DNA from: Spirochaetia bacterium
GTDB taxonomy: Bacteria; Spirochaetota; Spirochaetia; SZUA-6; Bin103
Length of the DNA: 64,000 bases
NCBI GenBank assembly: GCA_965198005.1
Contig: CBDAOI010000004.1
Span: 736,001-800,000, forward strand
Reading direction: 5' to 3'
Under the pieces are notes generated by a model, which did no database searches, was not told the DNA's origin, and saw only the letters and a list, made by a program, of their open reading frames with translations. Below, piece after piece: positions 23,519-34,032 of the stretch. How positions within the stretch are numbered: position 1 is the stretch's first letter; the number at the start of each line of letters is the position of its first letter. The position numbers and the translations under genes are program-made.

Positions 23519-23590
23519 CGCCCGCGAGCGTGGTGAGCCTGATCCTGGCTCGTGCGCGCCGCGCGGACCGGGTACAATAGGGGCCGCATC

Positions 23591-24448
23591 ATGAGAATCG
23601 TACGCTATGCCAAGGGAGCGACGGTCGGGTACGGCTGTCAGCGGGAGGATGGATCGATCGTTGCCATTGACGGGGATCCGATCGAGGGAATGGCCGTGGC
23701 CGGCGCGGCCGGCGGCACGCGCGGCGGGATCGCTCCCTACTCGGTGAGCCGGCGGGTGATCGGCGGCGCGCGGCTGCTGGCGCCGGTGGTGCCGCGCAGC
23801 ATCCTGTGCATCGGCCTCAACTATCGCCGCCACGCCAAGGAGTCGGGAGCCGCGGTCCCCGACCATCCCGTGCTGTTCATGAAGATGCCGTCGTCGGTGC
23901 AGCATCCGGGCGCGCCGATCGTGCTGCCGCGTACGCTGCGCAGCGACGCGGTCGACTACGAGTGCGAGCTGGCCGTGGTGATCGGCAAGCGCTGCCGCAA
24001 CGTCAGCCGCCAGCAGGCGCTGGACTACGTGCTCGGCTACACCTGCGGCAACGACGTCAGCGCGCGTGACTGGCAGCTCCGGTGGGGCGGTAGCCAGTGG
24101 TGCCGCGGCAAGACCTTCGACACCTTCTGCCCGCTCGGCCCCGCACTGGTCACCGCCGACGAGATCCCGGATCCCAACGCGCTCGCCATCAAGACCGTGG
24201 TCAACGGCGACACGCTGCAGGACTGGAACACCTCCGACATGATCTTCGACGTGCGTCACCTGATCGCCTTCCTCAGCGGCAGCAGCACGCTGGAGGCGGG
24301 TACTGTGATCATGACCGGCACCCCGCACGGCGTCGGCTCGGCGCGCACGCCGCCGCGCTACCTGCAGCCGGGCGACACGGTCACCGTCGCGATCGAAAAG
24401 ATCGGGGCGCTGACCAACCCGGTGGTGGCCGAGGGCTCGACGACGTAG
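23591..24448 (+). CDS. Fumarylacetoacetate hydrolase family protein
   Basis: ILCIGLNYRRH, DYECELAVVIG, NDVSARDWQ, GKTFDTFCPLGP, TGTP. Confidence 0.93.
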   Translation: MRIVRYAKGATVGYGCQREDGSIVAIDGDPIEGMAVAGAAGGTRGGIAPYSVSRRVIGGARLLAPVVPRSILCIGLNYRRHAKESGAAVPDHPVLFMKMPSSVQHPGAPIVLPRTLRSDAVDYECELAVVIGKRCRNVSRQQALDYVLGYTCGNDVSARDWQLRWGGSQWCRGKTFDTFCPLGPALVTADEIPDPNALAIKTVVNGDTLQDWNTSDMIFDVRHLIAFLSGSSTLEAGTVIMTGTPHGVGSARTPPRYLQPGDTVTVAIEKIGALTNPVVAEGSTT

Positions 24449-24498
24449 TCCAACCTGGCCCGGACCTGCGGAGGGGCGGCGGCGGCCGCCCCTCCGCG

Positions 24499-26010
24499 TC
24501 AGCGGCGCCAGAAGGTGGGGGTGAGCAGCACCAGCACGCTGTATACCTCCAGCCGTCCGGTGAGCATTGCGAAGCACAGCCACCACTTCACGGCGTCGGG
24601 GTAGAACGCGTAGTTGCGCGTCGGTCCGATCCCCCCGAAGCCGGGGCCGACGTTGCCGACCGTGGCCACGCCGGTGGTGAGCGCGGTGGTCAGGTCCTGG
24701 CCGGCGCCGGCCACTACCAGGGTGGTCGTGAGTACCAATCCAATATAAAGGAAGAAAAACACCGCCACCGGATAGAGGATGTCCTTCTTCACCCGCCGGT
24801 CCCCGATCCTGAGGGTGAAGATGCCCTGCGGGTGGACCAGGTACCGGAGCTCGTTCAGCGCCTGCTTGAACAGCGTGGCCACCCGGATCACCTTGATGCC
24901 GCCGGCGGTGGAACCGGAGCAGCCGCCCACGAACATGACCACCAGCAGCACGGCGCGCGCCAGGTGCGGCCAGGCGTCGTAGTCCGCGGTCGTGTACCCG
25001 GTGCCGGTGAGGAGCGAGGCTGCCTGGAAGGAGGCGAACCGCAGCCCCTGTCCCAGCGACTCGTACACCGCCCCGGTAACCGACAGGGTCACCAGCGCCG
25101 CCGCCACCACGTAGATGCAGAAGAACGTACGCAGCTCCAGGTTGCCGAGCAGCTTGGCGGGGCGGCGGCGGAAGATCTGGAAGTAGAGCGAGAAGTTGAC
25201 CGCCGCCAGCAGCATGAACACGGTCACCACCACGTCCACGAAGGCCGAGTCGTAGGCGCCGACGCTGGCCGCGCGTGGCGAGAAGCCGCCGGTGGCAATG
25301 GTGCTGAAGGTGTGGGTCAGCGCGTCGAACGGCGCCAACCCCGCGGCCAGCAGCAGCGCCACCTCCGCCGCCGTCAGCCCGAGGTAGACCAGCCACAGGA
25401 TCTTGGCCGTTCCCGTGACCCGCGGCGTGAGCTTCTCCAGGGTCGGGCCGGGCGCCTCCGAGCGCATCAGCTTGAGGCCGCCGATCCCGAGCCGCGGCAG
25501 GATCGCTACGGTGAGCACCACGATCCCCATCCCGCCGAGCCACTGGGTGAGCGAGCGCCAGAACAGGACCGACCGCGGCAGCGACTCGATGTCGGTCAGC
25601 ACCGTGGCCCCGGTAGTGGTGAACCCCGACATGGTTTCGAAGAAGGCGTCGGTGTAGCGCGGGATGCTGCCGGTGATCACGTACGGCAGCGCGCTGAACG
25701 CGGACACCACCAGCCAGCTCAGCACCACCACCAGGAACCCGTCGCGGGTCAGCAGGGTGGCGTCGCGGTAGCGGCGGAAGTTGAGGAAGCCGCTCAGCGC
25801 GCACACCAGCGCCACGCCCGCCGCGACCGCGAACCCGATCATCGCCCGCCGCTCCCCGTGGATCAGCGCCACGACGATGCCGGAGGTCATGCACAGGGCG
25901 ACCAGCAACAGCAGCGCGGAGATGGTGTAGAGCACGGTCCCGGCCCGGTGCGGCCGCTCGCCCACCGCCGTCAGCGAGCGCCGGTCCGGCTGTGGCGTAT
26001 CGCGTATCAT
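24499..26010 (-). CDS. trkH: Trk potassium uptake membrane protein
   Basis: FETMSGFTTTG, QWLGGMG, TGGFS, GSTAGGIK, GNVGPG, GRLE. Confidence 0.95.
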   Translation of the reverse strand: MIRDTPQPDRRSLTAVGERPHRAGTVLYTISALLLLVALCMTSGIVVALIHGERRAMIGFAVAAGVALVCALSGFLNFRRYRDATLLTRDGFLVVVLSWLVVSAFSALPYVITGSIPRYTDAFFETMSGFTTTGATVLTDIESLPRSVLFWRSLTQWLGGMGIVVLTVAILPRLGIGGLKLMRSEAPGPTLEKLTPRVTGTAKILWLVYLGLTAAEVALLLAAGLAPFDALTHTFSTIATGGFSPRAASVGAYDSAFVDVVVTVFMLLAAVNFSLYFQIFRRRPAKLLGNLELRTFFCIYVVAAALVTLSVTGAVYESLGQGLRFASFQAASLLTGTGYTTADYDAWPHLARAVLLVVMFVGGCSGSTAGGIKVIRVATLFKQALNELRYLVHPQGIFTLRIGDRRVKKDILYPVAVFFFLYIGLVLTTTLVVAGAGQDLTTALTTGVATVGNVGPGFGGIGPTRNYAFYPDAVKWWLCFAMLTGRLEVYSVLVLLTPTFWRR

Positions 26011-26030
26011 GCTGCCCTGATCGTGACCGC

Positions 26031-27428
26031 TCAGATGTTGAACATCTCCTCCATGCGGGCGATCGACTCGGTCTTGGCCACCATCGTGAGCTTGTCGCCG
26101 TCACGGAGGATGAAGTCGCCGCGGGGCACGACCTGCGTGCCGTCGCGGGTTACCGCCACCACCAGCGAGTTGTCCGGCATCCTGATTTGCCGCACCGCCT
26201 TGCCGACGAAGCCGCGCGACCCGTCCAGGGTGGACTCGATCACCTCGGCCAGGCCGCCGAAGATGCTGTGCACGCTCTTGACCTTGCCGCGCCGGATCAC
26301 CTTGAGAATCGTGTTCACCACGCTGTACTTGGGGCTGATGATCACGTCCGCGCCCAGCCGCGACGCGACGGTGAGGTAGTTGAACTTGTTGACCAGGGCG
26401 ATGGAACGCTTGATTCCGAAGGTCTTGGCATAGATCGCCACCAGGATGTTGAGCTCGGGATTGTCGGTGGTGGTGATGATCAGGTCGTGGCCGGCGAGCG
26501 CTTCCTCCGCGAAGAATCCTTCGGTGGAGACGTCGCTGTTGATCACCACCGCCTCGGGGAACAGCTCGGCCAGCCGCTTGCAGTTTTCGTAGCTGGCGTC
26601 GACGATCTTGAGGGTCTTCTCGCGCACGCCGAGGTAGCGCAGGACGCGCCGCGGGTGCTTTCCGTTGCGCCGGTCGGTCAACTCGCGCGCGACGAAGCTG
26701 CCCACCCGGCCGCCGCCCACCAGGATCACGTTCCTGAGATCCACCCGCGGGCGCCCGGCCCGGACGAACACCCGCTCCAGGACCTGTTCCGCGCCGATCA
26801 GGTACAGCTCGTCGCCGGCCGCCACCGTGGCATCGCCGCGCGGCACGAAGAACTCCTCGCCACGCGAGATACCCGCCACCAGAAACTCGTCGTCCAGCTT
26901 CTGCTTGATCGCAGCGATGCTACGGCGCGCGAACAGAGTGCGGTCGTCGACCAGGAAGTTGCGCATCTGGAGGTCGGAGTTCTCGAAGCTCATCACGTCG
27001 CTGGTGGCGCCCTGCTCGACCGACCTGGCGATGGCCCGCGCCGCTTCGATCTCGGGATTGACGAAGAAGTCGACGTCCGCGAAGGAGTGCCCGGAGTGGT
27101 TGGTGTTGGCGTACTCGGGGTTGCGCACGCGCGCGATCTTGCACGGCACCTCATGCTCGCTGGCCACCAGACTGCAGGCGACGATGTTGAGTTCGTCGCT
27201 ATTGGTGACGCTGATGAAGAAGTCCGCCCCGTCGATACCCGCCTCGCGCAACGCCGGCAGGCGGTTGCCGGAGTCGTTGATGACCATGCAATCGAGATGG
27301 TTGACCGCGTACTTGGCGGTCTCCGGGTCCTTCTCGATCAGCACCACGTCCTTGTGATCCGCGATCAGGTGGCGGGCGACCTGGAACCCGGTGGTGCCGG
27401 CGCCCGCAATCACGACCTTCTCAGACAT
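26031..27428 (-). CDS. trkA: Trk potassium uptake NAD-binding subunit
   Basis: Two RCK units (IAGAGTTG, VGGGRVG), SDELN, KIARVR; adjacent to trkH. Confidence 0.92.
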   Translation of the reverse strand: MSEKVVIAGAGTTGFQVARHLIADHKDVVLIEKDPETAKYAVNHLDCMVINDSGNRLPALREAGIDGADFFISVTNSDELNIVACSLVASEHEVPCKIARVRNPEYANTNHSGHSFADVDFFVNPEIEAARAIARSVEQGATSDVMSFENSDLQMRNFLVDDRTLFARRSIAAIKQKLDDEFLVAGISRGEEFFVPRGDATVAAGDELYLIGAEQVLERVFVRAGRPRVDLRNVILVGGGRVGSFVARELTDRRNGKHPRRVLRYLGVREKTLKIVDASYENCKRLAELFPEAVVINSDVSTEGFFAEEALAGHDLIITTTDNPELNILVAIYAKTFGIKRSIALVNKFNYLTVASRLGADVIISPKYSVVNTILKVIRRGKVKSVHSIFGGLAEVIESTLDGSRGFVGKAVRQIRMPDNSLVVAVTRDGTQVVPRGDFILRDGDKLTMVAKTESIARMEEMFNI

Positions 27429-27500
27429 CGACTCCAATATGGCGCCGGCGCGGGCGACCGGCAACAGCCACGACAGCCGCACCGCCGCGCTGATCGCGGC

Positions 27501-30152
27501 TCATCGCGGCAGATACCGGTCGTGCAACTGGTCGGCCACCACACCCTCCGCCATCCACTGGTCGATGCGGGCATCGAGGTGGCCGAGCTCGCGCAGCACC
27601 GCGCGGGTGTCGCTGCCGACCTTGGGCATCGGGGCGGTCAGACGCGGCCAAGCGCCGCCGAACCGCGCGTAGGTCGGCGCCGGCAGGTAGGAGGCGCCGC
27701 CGAACGGGTGCTCGGGCATGCGCACGATGGCGATCGAGCGGCCGTCGTCCCAGCCGCTACGCCGATCCGGATACACGGTGTGCAGGTAGCGCGCGCGAAT
27801 GTCCTCCAGGGAATCGACGCGGTGACAGCCGAGGCCGGCGGCCCGGAACGCGTCCTCCCAGAAGGCAACCGGTTGGCGGGCGATCGCGGCCTCCAGCCGT
27901 GTCACCCGCTCCGCGTCCGCTTCGGCGCCGGCGGCGAGCGGCACCTCGGCCAACTCCTGAATCGCGCTCAACCGGTCCACCTCCGACGGCAGCCCCGCCA
28001 GGAACAGCCAGCCGTCGCGCGCCCGGTAGATGCGCTGCAGGGCATGCTCCCCTTGCAGCTCGCAGCCGTGCGGCTCGGAGCCCGGGGCGTGCGCCGCGGT
28101 GGCCCACAGGAACGGCGCCTGCACCAGTTGCGCGCCCTGCGCCAGCGAGGTGAACACCAGGTCGCCGCCGCCGCGCACGCGCCGCTGCAGCAGCGCCAGC
28201 GCCACCCCCAGCGCGCCGGAGTAGCCGGTCAGGTAGTCGACGCACGATGCATAGCCGTGCAGCTCCGGTTTGCGCCCGCGGCCGCCGTAGCGCAGCATGA
28301 TGCCGGTGGCGGTCTGCAGCACCGGATCGAACCCCGCCAGATTCATCCACGGTCCGGGGCGCGGCCCGTTGAACGCGGTCAGGCTGAGGTACACGATCTC
28401 TGGATTGCGGCGGGCGACGCTCGGGTAGTCGATCTCCAACCGTTCGGCCACGCCGGGACGGAAGTTGTGGACGATTACGTCGGCGCGTTGCAGGAGCTGG
28501 TCGAAGATCGCCCTCCCGGCCGGGCGCTTGAGGTCGAGAATGATGCTGCGCTTGCCCTGGCTGACCTCGATCGGGCTCCAGCAGGTCGTGCGCGGCCCGA
28601 AGTAGGGGTTCGGCGAGTCGATCTTGATCACCTCGGCGCCGTACTCGGCCAGGGTGCGGGCCGCGCACGGTCCGGCCAGGACGGTGGACAGGTCGAGCAC
28701 GGTGATGCCCTTGAGGATGGCGGCGGCGGCGCCCGCGTCCGGGGCCGGCGGGGTGTCCGGGGCCGCCGCCGTGTCCGGGGCCGCCGCTGCCGCCGCGTCC
28801 GGCTGGCCGCCGCGGTTGCCGGCGTGGCCGCTCGGGTGGGCGGCGGGGTGGGCCCTGGGGTCGGCGCCGCCGTTCAGGAGTGTGGCCAGATCGGCCGGGC
28901 GGGCCGGCCTCGGCTGCAGCCACGCGTCCGGCGTGCGCGCCAGCGAGGTCTGCACCCCGAACTGGCGCACCGGCCCGTGCCCGGGGTCGTCCACCGTGAC
29001 GGTCAGGGCGGACGCCTCCGGTTCCGGCGCCTGCAGCCACGCGCGGGTGGTGCGGTGGACGCTGAACGGCACGCCGAAGCGGGCCATGATCGCGGTCCAC
29101 TCCGCCGCCGGCCGGCGGCGGAAGGCGGCCGCCATGCGCGCGCGCACCAGCTCGGTCCAGTGCGGCGACAGATTCTCCATGTACTGCACGTTGTCGGTGC
29201 GGGTCAGATCCTCCCACGCCGGCCGGTCGGTCATGCCGGCGGCGATCAGGTCGTCGTAGATCTCCAGCGCCTGCACCAGCTGCGTGCTGTGGCGGCGGTT
29301 GGAGCCGGCCCACATGAAGACCCACTCGCCGTCGGCGGTCCGATAGCTGTCGGTCAGGGGCGGCGTCAGGGGGGCCAGCTCGTCGATCAGTTGCCGTTGC
29401 TCGGCGGCGTCCGCGTGCTGCATCCGCTGCCGGCGCTGCGCCAGGTCGGCGGGGCCGCGCGGCCGGTATCCGGGCGGTGGCTCCTCCACCATCTGCAGCA
29501 CCATCGAGCCCATCGCCGACAGCATCGCGCCGCTCAGCGGCACCTCGATTACCTCCCCCCGCCCGCTGGCGGCACGAGCGTAGAGCGCCAGCGTGACCGC
29601 CAGCGCGCCGTGCACCGCGGCGTAGGCGGAGCTGACCGGCAGCGGGGTGTAGACCGGGGGCGCGGCCAGCGCCCGCCGCCGCGTATGCAGGTCGGTGAAC
29701 AGCCCGGTGGCGGCGCTCACCACGCCTTCGAACGCGCGGATCGACGCGCGCGGCTGGTCGCCGGACACGAAGCCGGGCAGCGACAGATAGACCAGGCGCG
29801 GGTTCTCGGCGGTCAGCGCCGCCGGGTCGAGGCCGTGACGCCGCATCACGCCCGGCCGGAAGTTCTCGATCGCGACGTCGGCCGACAGCACCAGTCGGCG
29901 CGCCTGTTCCCGGTGCGCGGCGTCGTGGAGGTCGAGCTGCAGCCGCTGCTTGCCGCGGTTGAGCACCGCGTCCAACGGGGAGCCGTCCGCGCCGACGCCG
30001 GGGCGATCGACCTTGATCACCTCGGCGCCCTGATCGGCCAGCAGCATCCCGGCCAGCGGCCCGGCCAGATAGTGCCCGAAGTCGATTACGCGGATGCCCT
30101 GCAGGGGCGGGGCTCCGTCGGCGGTCTGCGTGGTTTGCCTCTTCCGCGTCAC
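27501..30152 (-). CDS. Class III CoA-transferase with two tandem CaiB domains (DddD-like)
   Basis: IDFGHYLAGP...LNRGK...ENFRPG and LDLSTVLAGP...QGKRS...HNFRPG...GFDPVLQ; GTG start 30152 after AAAGGAG, ~883 aa. Confidence 0.88.
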   Translation of the reverse strand: MTRKRQTTQTADGAPPLQGIRVIDFGHYLAGPLAGMLLADQGAEVIKVDRPGVGADGSPLDAVLNRGKQRLQLDLHDAAHREQARRLVLSADVAIENFRPGVMRRHGLDPAALTAENPRLVYLSLPGFVSGDQPRASIRAFEGVVSAATGLFTDLHTRRRALAAPPVYTPLPVSSAYAAVHGALAVTLALYARAASGRGEVIEVPLSGAMLSAMGSMVLQMVEEPPPGYRPRGPADLAQRRQRMQHADAAEQRQLIDELAPLTPPLTDSYRTADGEWVFMWAGSNRRHSTQLVQALEIYDDLIAAGMTDRPAWEDLTRTDNVQYMENLSPHWTELVRARMAAAFRRRPAAEWTAIMARFGVPFSVHRTTRAWLQAPEPEASALTVTVDDPGHGPVRQFGVQTSLARTPDAWLQPRPARPADLATLLNGGADPRAHPAAHPSGHAGNRGGQPDAAAAAAPDTAAAPDTPPAPDAGAAAAILKGITVLDLSTVLAGPCAARTLAEYGAEVIKIDSPNPYFGPRTTCWSPIEVSQGKRSIILDLKRPAGRAIFDQLLQRADVIVHNFRPGVAERLEIDYPSVARRNPEIVYLSLTAFNGPRPGPWMNLAGFDPVLQTATGIMLRYGGRGRKPELHGYASCVDYLTGYSGALGVALALLQRRVRGGGDLVFTSLAQGAQLVQAPFLWATAAHAPGSEPHGCELQGEHALQRIYRARDGWLFLAGLPSEVDRLSAIQELAEVPLAAGAEADAERVTRLEAAIARQPVAFWEDAFRAAGLGCHRVDSLEDIRARYLHTVYPDRRSGWDDGRSIAIVRMPEHPFGGASYLPAPTYARFGGAWPRLTAPMPKVGSDTRAVLRELGHLDARIDQWMAEGVVADQLHDRYLPR

Positions 30153-30203
30153 AGGGTCTCCTTTGGGTAGCCCAAGGGTACCGGGCCGGGCTACGGTCCG
30201 TCC

Positions 30204-30986
30204 ATGATCGCTACCCTGATCAACGCGGCGGCGGTGGTGGCCGGCGCCGCCATCGGCCTGCTGTTCCGCCGCTCGATCAACGAGTCGGCCCACGGCGAAC
30301 GCTATCGGACGGCGGTGTACGGCGGCATCGGGGTGATCACGCTGGTGATCGGCTTCCGGCTGAGCTTCGAGTCGCGCCAGATCGTGTTCCTCGCGCTGGC
30401 GGTGGCCAGCGGCGGGCTGCTCGGGGAGTGGTGGCGGATCGAGGACGGCATCACCCGCCTGGGCGGCGTGCTGCACCGGCTGGTGGAGCGCGGTCGGGGC
30501 GGTCGGGGCGGTCGGGGCGTGCACCGGGATGACGCCTCCGCCGGCGAGAGCGCCAGCGACAACGACAGCGCGCGCCAGGGGTTCGCCGCCGCTTTCCTGA
30601 ACGCCTCGGTGCTGTTCTGCGTGGGCGCGATGACGCTGGTGGGGTCGTTCCGGGCGGGGGCCGAGGGCGACTACGAGCTGCTGCTCACCAAGTCGGTGCT
30701 GGACGGCTTCATGTCGGTGTTGCTGGCGGCGGCCATGGGGATCGGGGTGGCGTTCGCCAGCCTGGTGATTCTGGTCTACCAGGGTGGGCTGACGCTGCTG
30801 GCCGGCACCCTGCAGCCGCTGGTAACCCCGGCGCTGCTGGCGGAGCTGAGCGCCGTGGGCGGCGTGCTGATCGTGATGATCGGCATCAACCTGCTGGGGC
30901 TGCGGCGGCTCCGGACCGCCAACTTCCTGCCCGCCTTCCCGGTCATGGTCGGGCTGGTGGCGCTGCAACCGCTGCTCCCGGGCTGA
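30204..30986 (+). CDS. DUF554-family membrane protein
   Basis: MIATLIN...FLNASVLFCVGAMTLVGS...KSVLDG...ANFLPA. Confidence 0.88.
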   Translation: MIATLINAAAVVAGAAIGLLFRRSINESAHGERYRTAVYGGIGVITLVIGFRLSFESRQIVFLALAVASGGLLGEWWRIEDGITRLGGVLHRLVERGRGGRGGRGVHRDDASAGESASDNDSARQGFAAAFLNASVLFCVGAMTLVGSFRAGAEGDYELLLTKSVLDGFMSVLLAAAMGIGVAFASLVILVYQGGLTLLAGTLQPLVTPALLAELSAVGGVLIVMIGINLLGLRRLRTANFLPAFPVMVGLVALQPLLPG

Positions 30987-31049
30987 GCGGGCGTGGCGGG
31001 CGCGCGGGGCGGCGGCGTGGCTGGGCGAGTTCGGGCCGCGGGACGGGCA

Positions 31050-31344
31050 GGCGGCGCTGGCGCTGGGGCTGCTGGTGGCGGTGTGCTACTTCCCGGCGCT
31101 GGCTGGCGGGTTCGTGTGGGACGACGTGATCTTCGCCGAGGAGCCGGTGATTCACTCACCGTCCGGCCTGCGCAGCATCTGGTTGGCACCGGCCGACATC
31201 AAGAACGAAGGGCACTACTGGCCGCTGGTCTACACCGGTTTCTGGCTGGAGCACAAGCTGTGGGGGCTGGCGCCGGTCGGGTACCACGCGGTGAACATCG
31301 TTTTGCACCTGCTGAACAGCCTGCTGCTGTGGCGGCTGCTGGTG
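31050..31344 (+). pseudogene. TMTC-like membrane glycosyltransferase/TPR protein, N-terminal fragment
   Basis: YFPALAGGFVWDD...HYWPLVYTGFWLE...GYHAVNIVLHLLN; cut by DUF222 fragment. Confidence 0.65.
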
Positions 31345-31596
31345 CGGGCGGCGCCGAGGTCGAGGCCGGTGCGCCAGTTGAGCCAGTGGGCGCAGGAGCG
31401 GAAGCCTTCCCAGCCGTGGCGGCGGTCGAACTACGCGTAGGTCACAGAGCAGGTCGCAGGTGGCGGCCTGGATGCGGGCGGAGAGTTCGGCGATGCGGTC
31501 GCCGAGCTGATCCAGGTCGAGCGGGGCGGCCGGCGCCGGGGGCGGGGCCGGTGGCGGCGCCGTGCGGGATGCTGATTGTTCCATGGCGGTTTCCAT
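31345..31596 (-). pseudogene. DUF222/HNH endonuclease N-terminal fragment
   Basis: LDQLGDRIAELSARIQAAT, then shifted frame FDRRHGWEGFRSCAHWLNWRTGLDLGAAR. Confidence 0.75.
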
Positions 31597-32001
31597 GGCT
31601 GTATGGTACACCCGGTTTTGGACGGGGCCGTAGGCGGCCGTGGCGGGCTTGGTTCGGCGATTTTGGAGTTTCGTGGCCGGATTGGGGTTGGCGGCCGCTC
31701 CAGCGCAGGCTAGGGCCCGGGTGCGGGAGATGGTGGCGTGGGTTGGCGCGGGGCCGCGGCGGGCTGTGAAAACCGTGTCAAGCTCCAAACGCCGCTCAAC
31801 AGCGATTTTTCGATTTTTTTGGAGAGAGCCCCGCGCCCGGTCGCACGCGCTCGCACCGCCCTGCGTGACACTTTGTCACCCCTGCGCTGCAATCGTCCTC
31901 CAAACCAGATCTTGCCCCTCTGATTCACTCAATACGAGACCTACACCCAATTGACAGGCAGCGGCCCGAAGGGCTCACTAAGGGCGACGTGACGAGCGAC
32001 G

Positions 32002-32709
32002 ATGAGTGACCTGCAGACGACGGCCGGCGAACAGCTTGCCGGGACCGTCAAGCCGTACCGGCGCCACGTGGTGGTGCTGACCGCGGCCGCCGACTGGCCG
32101 GCCCACCTGGAGGAAGGCTCCGGACTCGAGGCGGCTCTGCTGGCCGCAGTGAACGCCCACCCCGAGCGGCTCGCGGGAGTCAAGATTACCGCCGCCACCG
32201 GCAACCGCGCCGCCCGCGGGCATGACGTGCTGGTGTTTCCCGACATGGTGCGCTTCCGCGCGGTCGGCGCGGACGGTGCGGACGGAATCGAGGAGGACGC
32301 CGCCGCGCTGGTCGAGGACCACCTGCTGGGGGACCGGGTGTCCACCCGTCTGCAGAGCGAGCCGCTGGCGGGGCGGCACCTGTTCGTGTGTGTCCACGCG
32401 GCGCGTGATCAGCGTTGCGGCGACCACGGTCCGGGGCTGGCGGCGGCGCTGGAGCGCGAGTTGGAGCGCCGCGACCTCGATGACGTGGTGGTACGGTGCT
32501 CGAGCCACGTCGGCGGCCACCGCTTCGCCGGCTGTCTGATCGCCTACCCGGCCGGCGACTGGTACGGCTTGCTCGAGGTCACGCTCGCGGCGCGGTTCGT
32601 CGACCGGTGCCTGGTCCAGGACCGGATCATGACGGCGCATTGGCGCGGCCGGCAGGGGATCGACCCTGCCGTCCAACTGCAGGCCGCGAGCGGTTTCAGT
32701 TCATCCTGA
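32002..32709 (+). CDS. Sucrase/ferredoxin-like thioredoxin-fold 2Fe-2S protein
   Basis: FVCVHAARDQRCG and SHVGGHRFA motifs, WYG. Confidence 0.82.
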   Translation: MSDLQTTAGEQLAGTVKPYRRHVVVLTAAADWPAHLEEGSGLEAALLAAVNAHPERLAGVKITAATGNRAARGHDVLVFPDMVRFRAVGADGADGIEEDAAALVEDHLLGDRVSTRLQSEPLAGRHLFVCVHAARDQRCGDHGPGLAAALERELERRDLDDVVVRCSSHVGGHRFAGCLIAYPAGDWYGLLEVTLAARFVDRCLVQDRIMTAHWRGRQGIDPAVQLQAASGFSSS

Positions 32710-33569
32710 CCACCGACCTCACACTGCTCGCCGTTCCGGGGGTGGCCAGCGGCGCGGCGCTGGTTCTGGCCGTGCTGGTGGGGGCGGTCATGGGCCTCAT
32801 CGGCGCCGGCGGGTCGATCCTTACCGTTCCGATCCTGGTCTACGTCGTGGGGGTCGACGTGGTCACGGCGACCGCCTACTCGCTGTTCGTGGTGGGGGTG
32901 ACCAGCGCGGTCGGGGCGGCCAGTTACTGGCGGCGCGGATTGGTGCACGGACGGGCCGCGGTGGCGTTCGCCGTCCCCTCCCTGACCGCGGTCTTCGTGA
33001 CCCGGCGCTTCCTGGTGCCCGCCATCCCCGCGCAGCTCGGCACGGTGGCCGGGCTGGCGGTGAGCAAGGAGCTGTTCATTTTGCTGCTGTTTGCGGTGAT
33101 CATGGCGGCGAGCGCGCTGACGATGATCCGGCCGCCGCGCCGATTGCGGGACGCGCCGGCGGACGGCGCCGGCGGCGGCCCCCGGACCAGAGTGAACGTA
33201 CCGGTGGCGGCGGCGGAAGGCGCGGTGATCGGCGTATTCACCGGCATGGTGGGGGCCGGCGGCGGGTTCGCCATCGTGCCCGCCCTGGCGGTGTACCTGC
33301 GGCTGCCGATGCGGGTGGCGGTGGGCACCTCGCTGACCATCATCGCCGCCAAGTCCCTGATCGGGTTTCTCGGCGACGTCTCGCTGCCGGTTGAATTCGA
33401 CTGGCCGCTGCTGGCGGCGTTCACGGCCCTGGCGGTGGCCGGCGTTCTCGCCGGCAGCCGGCTCGCCCGTCGCGTGCCCGCCGACAAACTGCGGCCGGCG
33501 TTCGGCTGGTTCGTGCTGGCCGCCGCCGCCGCCATCCTGCTGCGCGAGACGGGCGCCCGCTTCCTATAA
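32706..33569 (+). CDS. TauE/SafE-family sulfite exporter
   Basis: GLIGAGGSILTVP and GMVGAGGGFAIVP repeats, AVGTSL; start uncertain (in-frame CTG overlapping upstream TGA, or ATG 32790). Confidence 0.85.
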   Translation: MTTDLTLLAVPGVASGAALVLAVLVGAVMGLIGAGGSILTVPILVYVVGVDVVTATAYSLFVVGVTSAVGAASYWRRGLVHGRAAVAFAVPSLTAVFVTRRFLVPAIPAQLGTVAGLAVSKELFILLLFAVIMAASALTMIRPPRRLRDAPADGAGGGPRTRVNVPVAAAEGAVIGVFTGMVGAGGGFAIVPALAVYLRLPMRVAVGTSLTIIAAKSLIGFLGDVSLPVEFDWPLLAAFTALAVAGVLAGSRLARRVPADKLRPAFGWFVLAAAAAILLRETGARFL

Positions 33570-34032
33570 CATGGGCGTGTCTCCCGCACGAGGTACAATC
33601 GATGATTGAGCTACTGGATTTCGATAAGAGACCGGTCAGTACCGTCTCGACGCGGCTGCCGTCCAGGTCCCATCATCAGCGTGTATTCCGGCCCTACCGT
33701 CCGAGAGTCGCCGTCGGCTGGTACCAGTCCCTCGCGTATGGCTTTGCTTCTCGAACGGCGGGCGAGAGCGATGACCTACGACGATACAGTCAGTATTGTC
33801 CTCACCACCGCTTCGTCGAGAGTGCCCTCTACCAGGCACGGCACCGGTTGTACGAGCATTCAGAAGTCGAACCGAAACTGGTCGGAATGGCCCCCCCTGG
33901 CGCTGATTCTGTGTATACACTGATATAGCTCTGGTAGCGCGCGATAGAGCCCATTCAGCGTGTGATCTGAACCGCTTTCAGGCCATGTTCTGAGCTATAT
34001 GACTTGCTCTCGCCGATCTTGGCCCGTTCTGC

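Noticed and set aside
24097-30170. 760-aa and 1392-aa plus-strand ORFs
   Set aside because: Antisense shadows of trkH, trkA and the CoA-transferase
30491-30519. 9-bp repeat x3 (CGGTCGGGG)
   Set aside because: In-frame GGR low-complexity loop in the DUF554 protein
30153-30968. N-terminal extension of the 1155-aa CoA-transferase ORF
   Set aside because: Antisense to the DUF554 gene; an RBS and GTG at 30152 give the likelier start
33602-33928. Short ORFs upstream of IS1634
   Set aside because: No recognisable motif; probably a remnant
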